The notes beneath the pieces were generated by a model that made no database searches, was not told the origin of the DNA, and worked only from the letters and a program-made list of their open reading frames with translations. A DNA stretch of 64,000 nucleotides from IMG/VR virus record IMGVR_UViG_3300023278_002893, positions 186,001-250,000 of that record; one strand, given 5' to 3'. Numbering within the stretch: the first letter of the stretch is position 1; each line of letters begins with the position of its first letter. The translations under genes were made by a program, and so were the position numbers. Positions 1 through 8,454 of the stretch are shown piece by piece.

Positions 1-670
1 CAGAAGCTGACGGGACTCGCCGCTCTCGGGTGACTTGCGCCATCTTCTGAGCAACATCGCGTACCATAGATACACACTTTTCGTCTTTCGGATCACAACC
101 AAGGCTTTCTGCGATAGAAGCAACTTCCTTCTCATCGAGTTCTGCCTCGGTATCTTCTCCTGCTTCTTCGGAAGAGGATGCGTACTTAGTCTTAAGAGCC
201 ACAAGTTCACTCTTGTACGCTTCAAAAGATTCGTCATCAAAACTTCGAACCTTAGCATACTGACGCTCGGCCTCGTCACCCTCAAGGGCAACACCTGCGT
301 CTTCCAGGTCGGACATACGTCCGGCGGCAGTTTCCTCACGAGCGAGCGTCTCCAAAGCGGCCTCGGCCACCTCGGCTCGGCGAGATAGTGTTTCAATCTG
401 CGCCTCAAGTTCAACGGTTCTCTCATTAGCTGCAACCTCTGCCTCAGATGGGGCAGTGGTGTCCAGCTGCGCAAGAGCTTCCTCGTACTCGGCAATCTTA
501 GCGTCCTTCGCCTCAAGGGCCGCTCGTAGCTTCGCAAAAGTATCTCGTGCTTCAGTGAGAGCTTCCTCGGCTGCGGTTCGTGCGTGTGCCTCTTCGCGAG
601 AAGATAGCACCTCATCGACCTTAGCCTGGACAGCATTGTTGAACTCTTCAGGAGTCATTTCCTTTGTCAT
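1..670 (-). CDS. Acidic coiled-coil protein, probable capsid scaffold (runs off window edge; not in ORF track)
   Basis: Manual translation from ATG at 670 (RBS AAGGAGG): MTKEMTPEEFNNAVQAKVDEVLSSREEAHARTAAEEAL..., open to base 1; A/E-rich; downstream of portal and protease. Confidence 0.65.
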   Translation of the reverse strand, partial: MTKEMTPEEFNNAVQAKVDEVLSSREEAHARTAAEEALTEARDTFAKLRAALEAKDAKIAEYEEALAQLDTTAPSEAEVAANERTVELEAQIETLSRRAEVAEAALETLAREETAAGRMSDLEDAGVALEGDEAERQYAKVRSFDDESFEAYKSELVALKTKYASSSEEAGEDTEAELDEKEVASIAESLGCDPKDEKCVSMVRDVAQKMAQVTRERRVPSAS

Positions 671-926
671 GGTCGCTCTTCCTCCTTTAATAGAGTTTAT
701 ATTGGCTTTGAAGTTTCGTCCCCCAACGTAACTTGTTATCTGCCGTGGCGTGCGCTTTGTGTCACGCTTCCTCTCATCTACTCCGTATCCTATTCCTTGG
801 TTTTAATCCAGTAAACCAATTACTTAATACCTAATACCTAGTGTCTTCGAAGACAATCTAGAAACCGTGTCAAACACGGCCTTGTGGTAACAGAGGCGCA
901 CCCCTGTTACCGAATACTTGTGGTAA

Positions 927-1451
927 TTAACTAGGTAAATCCATTCCCAATAACTTAATAGAAATACTATCAGCGCTGGTTCCTGAAGAGAGAACTGTAG
1001 TAGTACTTCCAAACTTGAAACTGATCGATACAATATTGTTTGTTGCGTCAGTATAAGCCTGGTTAAGAATCAAAGTAGAATCTGCCACATTATTACCATC
1101 GGTTCCACAGGCCACAAACTGTCCCCTGTAGGTCTTTTTAGCACCCGCAGAGCCGACCGACTCAAGGCCACCCGAAAAGTCCACCGCACTACCATCAACA
1201 GGCAACTCCACACAATTAATACCATCAAAATCAGAGGTGCTGTCCATAAGTCTGTAATTAGATTTAGTGTCGTCTAGATTATACTGAGCGATGATAGAAC
1301 CTCTACCGGAACCCTCGGTTGCAATCTTCACTTCCTTACCCTTGACAACAAGTTTAAGCATGTCGTGGGCAGTGTATCCCGAAACCGTAACTTCGTTCGT
1401 CGAGGTCAAAGATCCCTCTGTACTAGCTAGAACTTCCCATTCTCCTACCAT
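927..1451 (-). CDS. Probable virion structural protein (beta-rich, S/T/G-rich)
   Basis: 174 aa, RBS AAGGAGG, in head module. Confidence 0.5.
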   Translation of the reverse strand: MVGEWEVLASTEGSLTSTNEVTVSGYTAHDMLKLVVKGKEVKIATEGSGRGSIIAQYNLDDTKSNYRLMDSTSDFDGINCVELPVDGSAVDFSGGLESVGSAGAKKTYRGQFVACGTDGNNVADSTLILNQAYTDATNNIVSISFKFGSTTTVLSSGTSADSISIKLLGMDLPS

Positions 1452-1596
1452 ACGTAATACCTCCTTTTAGTTTATTTTTTATTAAATAAACAAAGAAAGT
1501 AAAACGGCCCCTATAGGGTGGGGCCCGGCCCTAATAAATATTACGACGCTCATAACTTCAAAGTGTGGTTATTTGAACTATTTAATAACTAAATGG

Positions 1597-1797
1597 TTAA
1601 GGTAACAGAACCGCTATACCACTAGTAACCACATCTACATACACACCACCAACAGGTACACCACTCGCAGTAGCATCGAGAGGACCATTAGCAGTTAAAA
1701 GACCGTTAAATGCAAGTGCTAATCCAAGTTTACCATCATCTCGGTACAGCTGTCCCACAGGGGTTACTGTAACGTTCTGCTGATCTGGCTTTGCCAT
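1597..1797 (-). CDS. Small probable virion protein
   Basis: 66 aa, strong RBS, GVPVGGVY motif. Confidence 0.5.
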   Translation of the reverse strand: MAKPDQQNVTVTPVGQLYRDDGKLGLALAFNGLLTANGPLDATASGVPVGGVYVDVVTSGIAVLLP

Positions 1798-1809
1798 AAC
1801 CTTCCTCCT

Positions 1810-2145
1810 TTATTCAGACTTTCTTGTAAAAATCAGCTGATCTTTTGTTATTTTAAATTCACCAATACTCGCTACAGCCTTCGATAAGAAGACAATAGTA
1901 TCTTGCCTATTAAGAAGCTCAACGGCTTGCTCAACGGCACGTTCCCGATCATCGCCGGCATCCACTATAGTAGGGCCAGATCCGACGAGTAAAAGAAAAC
2001 CAGAAGCTTTCTTGCGGTCAGCCATAGGATTTAACTCGTGAGCTTTCCTAAATGCGTCTATTTTGTGTCTGAATCTTTCGACAGAGTTGTCGGAAATTAC
2101 GGAAGAAGCGTCAATTGACTGGCTGCTAATTACGAATTTTTTTTT
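1810..2145 (-). CDS. ORF probably expressed as a -1 frameshift extension of the prohead protease (track ORF 1810..2025)
   Basis: Frame is open from the A10 run (2137-2146) to 1810; ATG at 2025 lacks a clear RBS. Confidence 0.55.
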   Translation of the reverse strand, partial: KKKFVISSQSIDASSVISDNSVERFRHKIDAFRKAHELNPMADRKKASGFLLLVGSGPTIVDAGDDRERAVEQAVELLNRQDTIVFLSKAVASIGEFKITKDQLIFTRKSE

Positions 2146-3545
2146 TCAGTCTCAATCACAAAATCCCTAAGAGAGTTTCGGAGAGACTGCGCCTCGTCAT
2201 GAAGTCGAACAATTTGATCTTGTCGTTCCGTTAGGGGCTCTACCGATGCGTCTACTTTATTAGTAACTGCGGGCAGAACAAGATCAGTGGTAAAACTATT
2301 ACCCGGTGTATTAGACAAGAATTCACGTACGGTCTTAGTAAATGCACCAGTGTCATCGGGGTTATTGGTCATAGAGTTTTTCTGATTTCGAAGACACTCG
2401 GGAGCTTTGGCGGTAGCACCAATAACAGGGCAGTGCTCCTCGAACAGAGCACAATAATGCTCCTGAATGACAGCACCTTCGGATTGATCTAGTGCGTTGT
2501 ACTTGGTCAGTCTCTTCTTGAAACTTACACAGGTACCGTCAATATTGCTCCCCACATAACCTGGACCAGGAAGACCACCCCCACTCCAACGAGCGGCTAC
2601 TTCCTTATTAGGGCTAACCGTAAGTACTCTGCTGATTCCTCCGGTCTCCTCATCAAGCTCGAGATAAAGTTTAGGGGCATCTTCGTCCGTCTGAACTGTA
2701 GAAACCTCTACTAAATTATCTGCCATTTCGACCTCCTTGTCAACCTGGGTTTCCCCTGCGGTTTCAGAAAGTACTACTTTGTGTCCTCGGAGATTATCAA
2801 TCATTTCTAGATCCACAACCTGCTCTCCCTTCTCCATCTGCTCACGTCGAGCTGCTGTCTCCATGATGATAGAGTGGGGGTTTGCAGGATTCTTAACAAT
2901 ACCCATCCCACTAAAGGTAATATGTCGAAGAACCCGCGCGACCTGTCGGACACCCATCTCCCTATGACCCGCCATTACCTTTACAAAACCACCTACCAGC
3001 TCATCAGGATCATACCCCAACGCCTGGGCCTCGTCACGTGTGATGATAGTATTGCCGATCTTAATGTCGAAGTCTTTAAAGAAACACTCCATGCTAACCT
3101 TCCACGCGCCTGCAGAAATTTCCTCTGCATACTCGGGGAAGCGCATCTTGTGGATAACACCTGCTACTGCAATGTCCATATCCACACCATCCAGATCCTG
3201 GGAAGCTTTTTCATAATCTGCCATAACTACCAGAGGATCAAACTGGCTACCATCCTTATACATATAAGCACATTCATAGATATGGCCGATGACCTTATCT
3301 TCCTCATGCTCGATATCAATGGCTTTATGCACTACAGTGTTGTGTGCCTTCATCATCTCTGATGGCAAGAAATGTGCACCATTCTTGTTAGTCCCTGCCG
3401 AGACCAGACAAGAGCGCATATATTGAAGATCCTGCTGCTTTTCATCAGGAAAAGCGAGCACGGCAGCTTTCTCCATCGCAGCCTTCTCTACCTCCTGCTC
3501 CACCTCAATGGGTGCATATACTCTAATCTTATTCTCTTCGACCAT
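2130..3545 (-). CDS. Prohead (head maturation) protease-like protein
   Basis: NKNGAHF, IDIEH, WKVSMEC and FSGMGIVKNPA motifs typical of large-phage prohead proteases; between portal and scaffold. Confidence 0.7.
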   Translation of the reverse strand: MVEENKIRVYAPIEVEQEVEKAAMEKAAVLAFPDEKQQDLQYMRSCLVSAGTNKNGAHFLPSEMMKAHNTVVHKAIDIEHEEDKVIGHIYECAYMYKDGSQFDPLVVMADYEKASQDLDGVDMDIAVAGVIHKMRFPEYAEEISAGAWKVSMECFFKDFDIKIGNTIITRDEAQALGYDPDELVGGFVKVMAGHREMGVRQVARVLRHITFSGMGIVKNPANPHSIIMETAARREQMEKGEQVVDLEMIDNLRGHKVVLSETAGETQVDKEVEMADNLVEVSTVQTDEDAPKLYLELDEETGGISRVLTVSPNKEVAARWSGGGLPGPGYVGSNIDGTCVSFKKRLTKYNALDQSEGAVIQEHYCALFEEHCPVIGATAKAPECLRNQKNSMTNNPDDTGAFTKTVREFLSNTPGNSFTTDLVLPAVTNKVDASVEPLTERQDQIVRLHDEAQSLRNSLRDFVIETEKKNS

Positions 3546-3743
3546 TTATTGTCCTCCCAACTCGGCTTCAGCTATTGCCGTGGCGGTATTCTCTTCTGAG
3601 TTTTCTTCGTCCTCTTTGAGAACCTTGTAAAGCTCATCTAACTTTTCTAAAGTCTGCTCACTTCTACGCTTAGTCTTTTGCTTAATCTCTGCTACTGTGG
3701 CTTCCATTGATTCTAGGTTTTGCATCGGATTTCTATCCTCCAC
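3546..3743 (-). CDS. Small coiled-coil hypothetical protein
   Basis: 65 aa, abuts both neighbours. Confidence 0.5.
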   Translation of the reverse strand: MEDRNPMQNLESMEATVAEIKQKTKRRSEQTLEKLDELYKVLKEDEENSEENTATAIAEAELGGQ

Positions 3744-3986
3744 TTAGTCTGAATTCCGTTTAAAGACCTTTATCAAAAGATCTATTGAATCGTCCAGTTT
3801 GTGAGCGAGCTCTTCATAGCGTTCTTTGCTCTCGGTCACATCACTGATTCTCTCACGGTAGAGAGTTAGCAACTGATCTTGTAACTTATTTTTTTCTTGA
3901 TAAAGATAATAAATAACACTACATAGTCCGACTCCTATTAGAGCAAAAAGACCATGCGCCTTAAATATTTCATTTAAGAGATCCAT
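3744..3986 (-). CDS. Small membrane protein (N-terminal TM helix + coiled coil; holin-like)
   Basis: HGLFALIGVGLCSVIYYLY hydrophobic segment; RBS AGGAGG. Confidence 0.5.
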   Translation of the reverse strand: MDLLNEIFKAHGLFALIGVGLCSVIYYLYQEKNKLQDQLLTLYRERISDVTESKERYEELAHKLDDSIDLLIKVFKRNSD

Positions 3987-4004
3987 AAGACTTCTGCCCT
4001 CCTA

Positions 4005-4262
4005 TTATGCTTGTGATATTGGGGATTCCGGCGCGCAAAGGCCTAAGTTATTTAAAATAAATCCCTCAGGGCACTCAAGAGTGCCTACCGGTTCAGCCCC
4101 CTCCACATTAGTAATAGGGATACAAGAACCCGATTTCGGATCAAAGACTTCCTCAGGTCTACACTGCGGATGGAACTCCTGAGGATCAGTTATCTGACTT
4201 TTGTCAGACCATCCTCTTAGGATTTTCCCAAGTTGGCCGCGATGATCTGGCGAGCATGCCAC
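4005..4262 (-). CDS. Cys-repeat ORF, probable -1 frameshift extension of 4217..6559
   Basis: Two further repeats (CRPEEVFDPKSGSC, CPEGFILNNLGLC); lies in the -1 frame after G GGA AAA. Confidence 0.6.
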   Translation of the reverse strand: MACSPDHRGQLGKILRGWSDKSQITDPQEFHPQCRPEEVFDPKSGSCIPITNVEGAEPVGTLECPEGFILNNLGLCAPESPISQA

Positions 4263-6559
4263 AAAAGATGTTCCTGAGCATCAGCGACTGCCTGGTCTGC
4301 ATACCCATCTATCTTAGACGACCTGGCCAATGCATTTCGCAATCTTGCAACATCCACAGATGCGGTATCGTAAGAATCCTCTACATCTGGGGTATGGTGC
4401 ATTAGATTACGTCGAGTATGTCCGACTAGGGAAGGAGGAAAAGCCTCGTTGGGTAGGTCCTTAGCGGCTACCTTGGACTTCTCCTTGTTTCCTTCCTCTG
4501 TCTCGTTTAGAATAACATCAAGAGCAGAGATTATCTTAGCAAGAGACATGTTACCCACAGTGTCTCCTACCGAGGCAGTGTTTCCTGGATTTTGAGGGCT
4601 GGAACCAGCAGGGCGACTTTTGTCCATGCTGTCCAGTGGGCGACAAATTTTATTCTTAGCATCCCAAATAGTGTCCTTAGGACAATCACTGGGGAGATTA
4701 AGTTTGCCAGCTGGAGCATCAACCAGTCCTTCTCTGTTTCCTGGGTTGGCATCAGCACTCTCATCTTCCGACTTACCCTTAAACGCACCCTTACGAGGCA
4801 TGCACTTTTTGGTAACAGGGTTCACGAACTGTCCCTCAGGACAACCAGGACCTCCCTTGTTACCCGGACCAGACGTGGTAGTCTGAGCCTCGTCCTCGGC
4901 GGACTTGGCTTTCTTCTTTTTCTTATTGTCTTTCTTGTCGTCTTTCTTATCTCCGTCTTTGCCCTTTTTCTTATCCAACATCTTCTGGATGAAGGGAGGT
5001 ATGAATGCATCTTCCTCACTGGACTTCGTATTCTTACTGGAGTCTAGAGGATCACAATCTTGCTTATCCGCATTCCAGATAGTACCCTTAGGGCAATCCT
5101 GAGGCAGTCTAGCAGGTCTTCCCTCAGGCAAGGGAGTGATGTCTCTCTTAGCTGCTTTGCTAGTATCCATTTCGATGCACTTACGTGCACCGAAGTTGTA
5201 CATCTGGCCGGGAGGACACTGGAAATTAACAGGGTCTCTTCGACCCTCAGGCTGAACAGCCTGCTCTGTCTTGACAGCATCGTAAAATCCCTGCACCTTA
5301 GAGCAATTCTTAGACTCGGAACTCCATTCCATTCCAGGAGGGCAGGGTCCTTGATTTACCTCAGAAGACTGCTCCTTCTCATAGGAAGACATCCTCGCCG
5401 CAACAATCTCCTCACGAATAGGACGCATTAGGTCATTGATTACTTCAGCAAAATCTAAAGAAGTTTCAGCCTTAGCAAAATTATTGACCTCAATCTCACA
5501 TGCCTTGGCACGTGCTAGAATCTTTCGTCTAAGTGATGCCTTCTCTGAGGAGGAGAGACCCTTCGCCTGGTTGAATCTGGACATCGCGTTTCTAACACGA
5601 GCGCAGGTGTCTAACGGAAACTTCCTCTTTCCAGGAACACCGAACGCACTGTCAGGCAGAGCATTACGCTGAGCGGATTTAATGGGCGCTGCAGACTCAT
5701 TACCTACCAAACTAGGAGAATCAACTGCGGTCGGGTCGTCGCCATACTCATAAACTTCCTGAGGAAGTGCGTGTCCAAAGTGCTGGGACTTATATCCCTT
5801 ACCAGAAAACTCCTCAACTATATAACCAGCTACATCGTGAGAATGTACCTCGTCCCCATAACCCTCGACGGAAGTCTTACCATTACCAGACGCATCTAGT
5901 GTTACTAGATGGGTGTGGCCGTGAAGGGGATCGGGGGAAGTCATAGCAACCTTACCACTCAGATAACGTGCCAGCTCCTGCTTCTCATCCTCAGTAAGTG
6001 CTGCGGATGACATCAGGGTGTCCTTGTTTAGAGGGATACACTGCCTAAGCTTAAAATCAAAAAGCTGCTTAGGGGGGCACTGGAAATTAACAGTGTCTCG
6101 GCGGCCCTCAGGATCCATATTAACAATCTCCTGATGTCCCCCAGTTCCTGGAGCAGCTGCTTCTTCTACTACATACTCGTTAGCCTCAGTCATTGCAAAC
6201 TCATCGCTAGTCTCAGACTCTGCTTCTTCCAGAGTAACACATCGTCTCTGGATAAAAGAAAAAGTCGTGCCCGCTGAGCACGACTCCGGTTCATCCATAT
6301 CATCTGCGTCAATTGCGACCTCGGTCTGGGACAGAACCTCCACAGACGCGGTACCTCGCCACTCAGGGCCGTGATCAACATTCACACTTCGGCTCTCCAA
6401 CGTGTGATCAATGCTGCCCATGGGAAGACATCGACCACTTGCAGGATCCTTACGATGTCCTTCGGGACAGTCTTCGTTCAACTCAATAGCGAACTCTCTC
6501 ATCTCTGTAAGAAAATCTAAAGGATTATTTCCCTCGTTTGATTTATTATTGTCGGTCAT
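4217..6559 (-). CDS. Head-module protein with eight C-x12-C repeats, a His-rich motif and two DUF6582-like segments
   Basis: Repeats such as CPEGHRKDPASGRC and CPKGTIWNADKQDC; HGHTH...HSHDV; LPDSAF..RKFPL..VRNAMSRF and LPNEAF..LRNALAR. Confidence 0.75.
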   Translation of the reverse strand: MTDNNKSNEGNNPLDFLTEMREFAIELNEDCPEGHRKDPASGRCLPMGSIDHTLESRSVNVDHGPEWRGTASVEVLSQTEVAIDADDMDEPESCSAGTTFSFIQRRCVTLEEAESETSDEFAMTEANEYVVEEAAAPGTGGHQEIVNMDPEGRRDTVNFQCPPKQLFDFKLRQCIPLNKDTLMSSAALTEDEKQELARYLSGKVAMTSPDPLHGHTHLVTLDASGNGKTSVEGYGDEVHSHDVAGYIVEEFSGKGYKSQHFGHALPQEVYEYGDDPTAVDSPSLVGNESAAPIKSAQRNALPDSAFGVPGKRKFPLDTCARVRNAMSRFNQAKGLSSSEKASLRRKILARAKACEIEVNNFAKAETSLDFAEVINDLMRPIREEIVAARMSSYEKEQSSEVNQGPCPPGMEWSSESKNCSKVQGFYDAVKTEQAVQPEGRRDPVNFQCPPGQMYNFGARKCIEMDTSKAAKRDITPLPEGRPARLPQDCPKGTIWNADKQDCDPLDSSKNTKSSEEDAFIPPFIQKMLDKKKGKDGDKKDDKKDNKKKKKAKSAEDEAQTTTSGPGNKGGPGCPEGQFVNPVTKKCMPRKGAFKGKSEDESADANPGNREGLVDAPAGKLNLPSDCPKDTIWDAKNKICRPLDSMDKSRPAGSSPQNPGNTASVGDTVGNMSLAKIISALDVILNETEEGNKEKSKVAAKDLPNEAFPPSLVGHTRRNLMHHTPDVEDSYDTASVDVARLRNALARSSKIDGYADQAVADAQEHLLWHARQIIAANLGKS

Positions 6560-6576
6560 TTTCTAATGTCCTCCGT

Positions 6577-8454
6577 TTAACTAGATTTACTTGGCTTTGT
6601 TGGTTTTGTGTTTGGTTTTGTAGATTTAGCTCGGGGCTTACCCCGTCCCTTTCGAGGCCGACCCTCGCTCGGAGTTCCCGTAGGGGTTCTCTGAATGTTC
6701 TGAATATTCTTCTGCAGGGATTGGATCTGATCTTGCATGTTTTTCTGGAAATCTTTAAGATCATCTTCTGTAACTGTAGTAGGCTTACCCCCCGGAGTAC
6801 CATCGCTCGTAGGTGCAACAGCCCCGGGTGCAACCTTGGGGTTGTACGGAGATCCAATAATGCCCAGAACTCCTGCTTGAACTGCGGGCGACTCCTGGAG
6901 CATGTTAGCATACTCGTTAGAGAAGTCGAAACCAAGCTTCTCAATACCGGTTTCATAAGAAATGATTCTTCGATCAATCATACCCTGGATGACGCTCATT
7001 AACATAATCTCATCCTTCAGAGTGTTCTCATCGAACCTAACCTTGGGATAACGATCGAAGCCCATTGCAAGTGCAACCTCTTCGTATTCGTGATCTATCC
7101 AACGTGTAACCACACGCCGGGCGTAATTAATCTCCTCAGCAAATGCCTTAGTGGCTGCCTCTATTGCCTTTGCGTTACCTGAAACCTCACCATCAATAAG
7201 GGCCCTAGTGACTCCCATGGACTGGCTTAGATCATCATTGACTTGTTCGAATTTACTCTGTCCTAGAATATTGTCAATCTCGGGAAAGGTGATCTTCTCT
7301 ACCTCCAGGGTGTGGTTCCACACGACATCAAAACTCTTACTAGAAGTATCGAACAACTGAGCGATTGCTTCTAACTGGGACTGATCAGTAACCGGATGCT
7401 CATCATTACCAATAGTTATCTTAAGAATATAGTTTGTAATTCCATCCAAGGTGGAGAAATCTGCCTTCTTTAATTCTTCCTTGTAGCGAATATCATCCAA
7501 AGCCCTAGAAAGCTTAGGCTTGGGGTACCGCTCATAATCCTGACGTCGATAATCACACTTTCCTACCAACTCCGGTGGAAGCAGCACAGGTTTGTCCTTC
7601 TTTACCTGATCTTTAAGTTCTTTAGGTAGGCTGTTAAGAAAAGCCTTCTGCTCTTTAGTCAGCTTAGAAGTATTCTTAAGCATTTTTTTCAACTCTTTGA
7701 AAGCTTGAGGCTTAAGTAGAGTTTCTGTCTGGTTAAATAACAAAGGACCTTGGATAACTACTAATCTAGGATCTAGAATTGTGTATTGTAAGGGTATAAA
7801 AGCCTTAGACCATATTTTCTTAGCAGCGCCCCATTCCGTATGTGCTTGTAATTTCTGTAGATCAGAGGTAGTTGAGAACATATTAGCTTTGGCTACGCGC
7901 TTGATCGTCTTATCAAAATCTTCTGGCTTCAACTTAGGCGCAAACTTACCCGCAATCTTGAAGGTCCTTACAAGTCCTACTCTAAAGAAGTCAAAGAATA
8001 TCTTCTCAACAGTTTCATGGAATCCAATCTCCCTAGTCCATGTATCATAAAAAAGTTTAATGGCGGGATCATCTATATCATTCTTAAAGCCCTTCGCGGC
8101 AAAGTTGGTTAGTGTGTCAATGACGGTGCCGATGTGTCCTTGAGAATGATAGGTATTAATTGCTGTATCGTAAAGCTGCTCGGGTCGTGCCTGTGTTACT
8201 TGCGGCTTACCAATAAGTAGATCAACATCTACACGTCGAAGCCAATCTCGAGAAATATTACGACCGCCCGTCCAAAACTTCATAGGATGTGGGTCTCCGT
8301 CTTTTCCTGTAAGAAACGCTAACTCCTTAACACCCCTACCCTCGGGACCAACATCAATCTCCATGGAATGAGAACCATCACCATTATCCTCATAGGAGAG
8401 AACTTCAGCATTTTCTAGACCCGCATTAAGCTTCTCTTTAACATCGTCGGACAT
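6577..8454 (-). CDS. Portal protein
   Basis: 625 aa immediately downstream of TerL; low-complexity C-terminus with GRP; size and position typical. Confidence 0.75.
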   Translation of the reverse strand: MSDDVKEKLNAGLENAEVLSYEDNGDGSHSMEIDVGPEGRGVKELAFLTGKDGDPHPMKFWTGGRNISRDWLRRVDVDLLIGKPQVTQARPEQLYDTAINTYHSQGHIGTVIDTLTNFAAKGFKNDIDDPAIKLFYDTWTREIGFHETVEKIFFDFFRVGLVRTFKIAGKFAPKLKPEDFDKTIKRVAKANMFSTTSDLQKLQAHTEWGAAKKIWSKAFIPLQYTILDPRLVVIQGPLLFNQTETLLKPQAFKELKKMLKNTSKLTKEQKAFLNSLPKELKDQVKKDKPVLLPPELVGKCDYRRQDYERYPKPKLSRALDDIRYKEELKKADFSTLDGITNYILKITIGNDEHPVTDQSQLEAIAQLFDTSSKSFDVVWNHTLEVEKITFPEIDNILGQSKFEQVNDDLSQSMGVTRALIDGEVSGNAKAIEAATKAFAEEINYARRVVTRWIDHEYEEVALAMGFDRYPKVRFDENTLKDEIMLMSVIQGMIDRRIISYETGIEKLGFDFSNEYANMLQESPAVQAGVLGIIGSPYNPKVAPGAVAPTSDGTPGGKPTTVTEDDLKDFQKNMQDQIQSLQKNIQNIQRTPTGTPSEGRPRKGRGKPRAKSTKPNTKPTKPSKSS

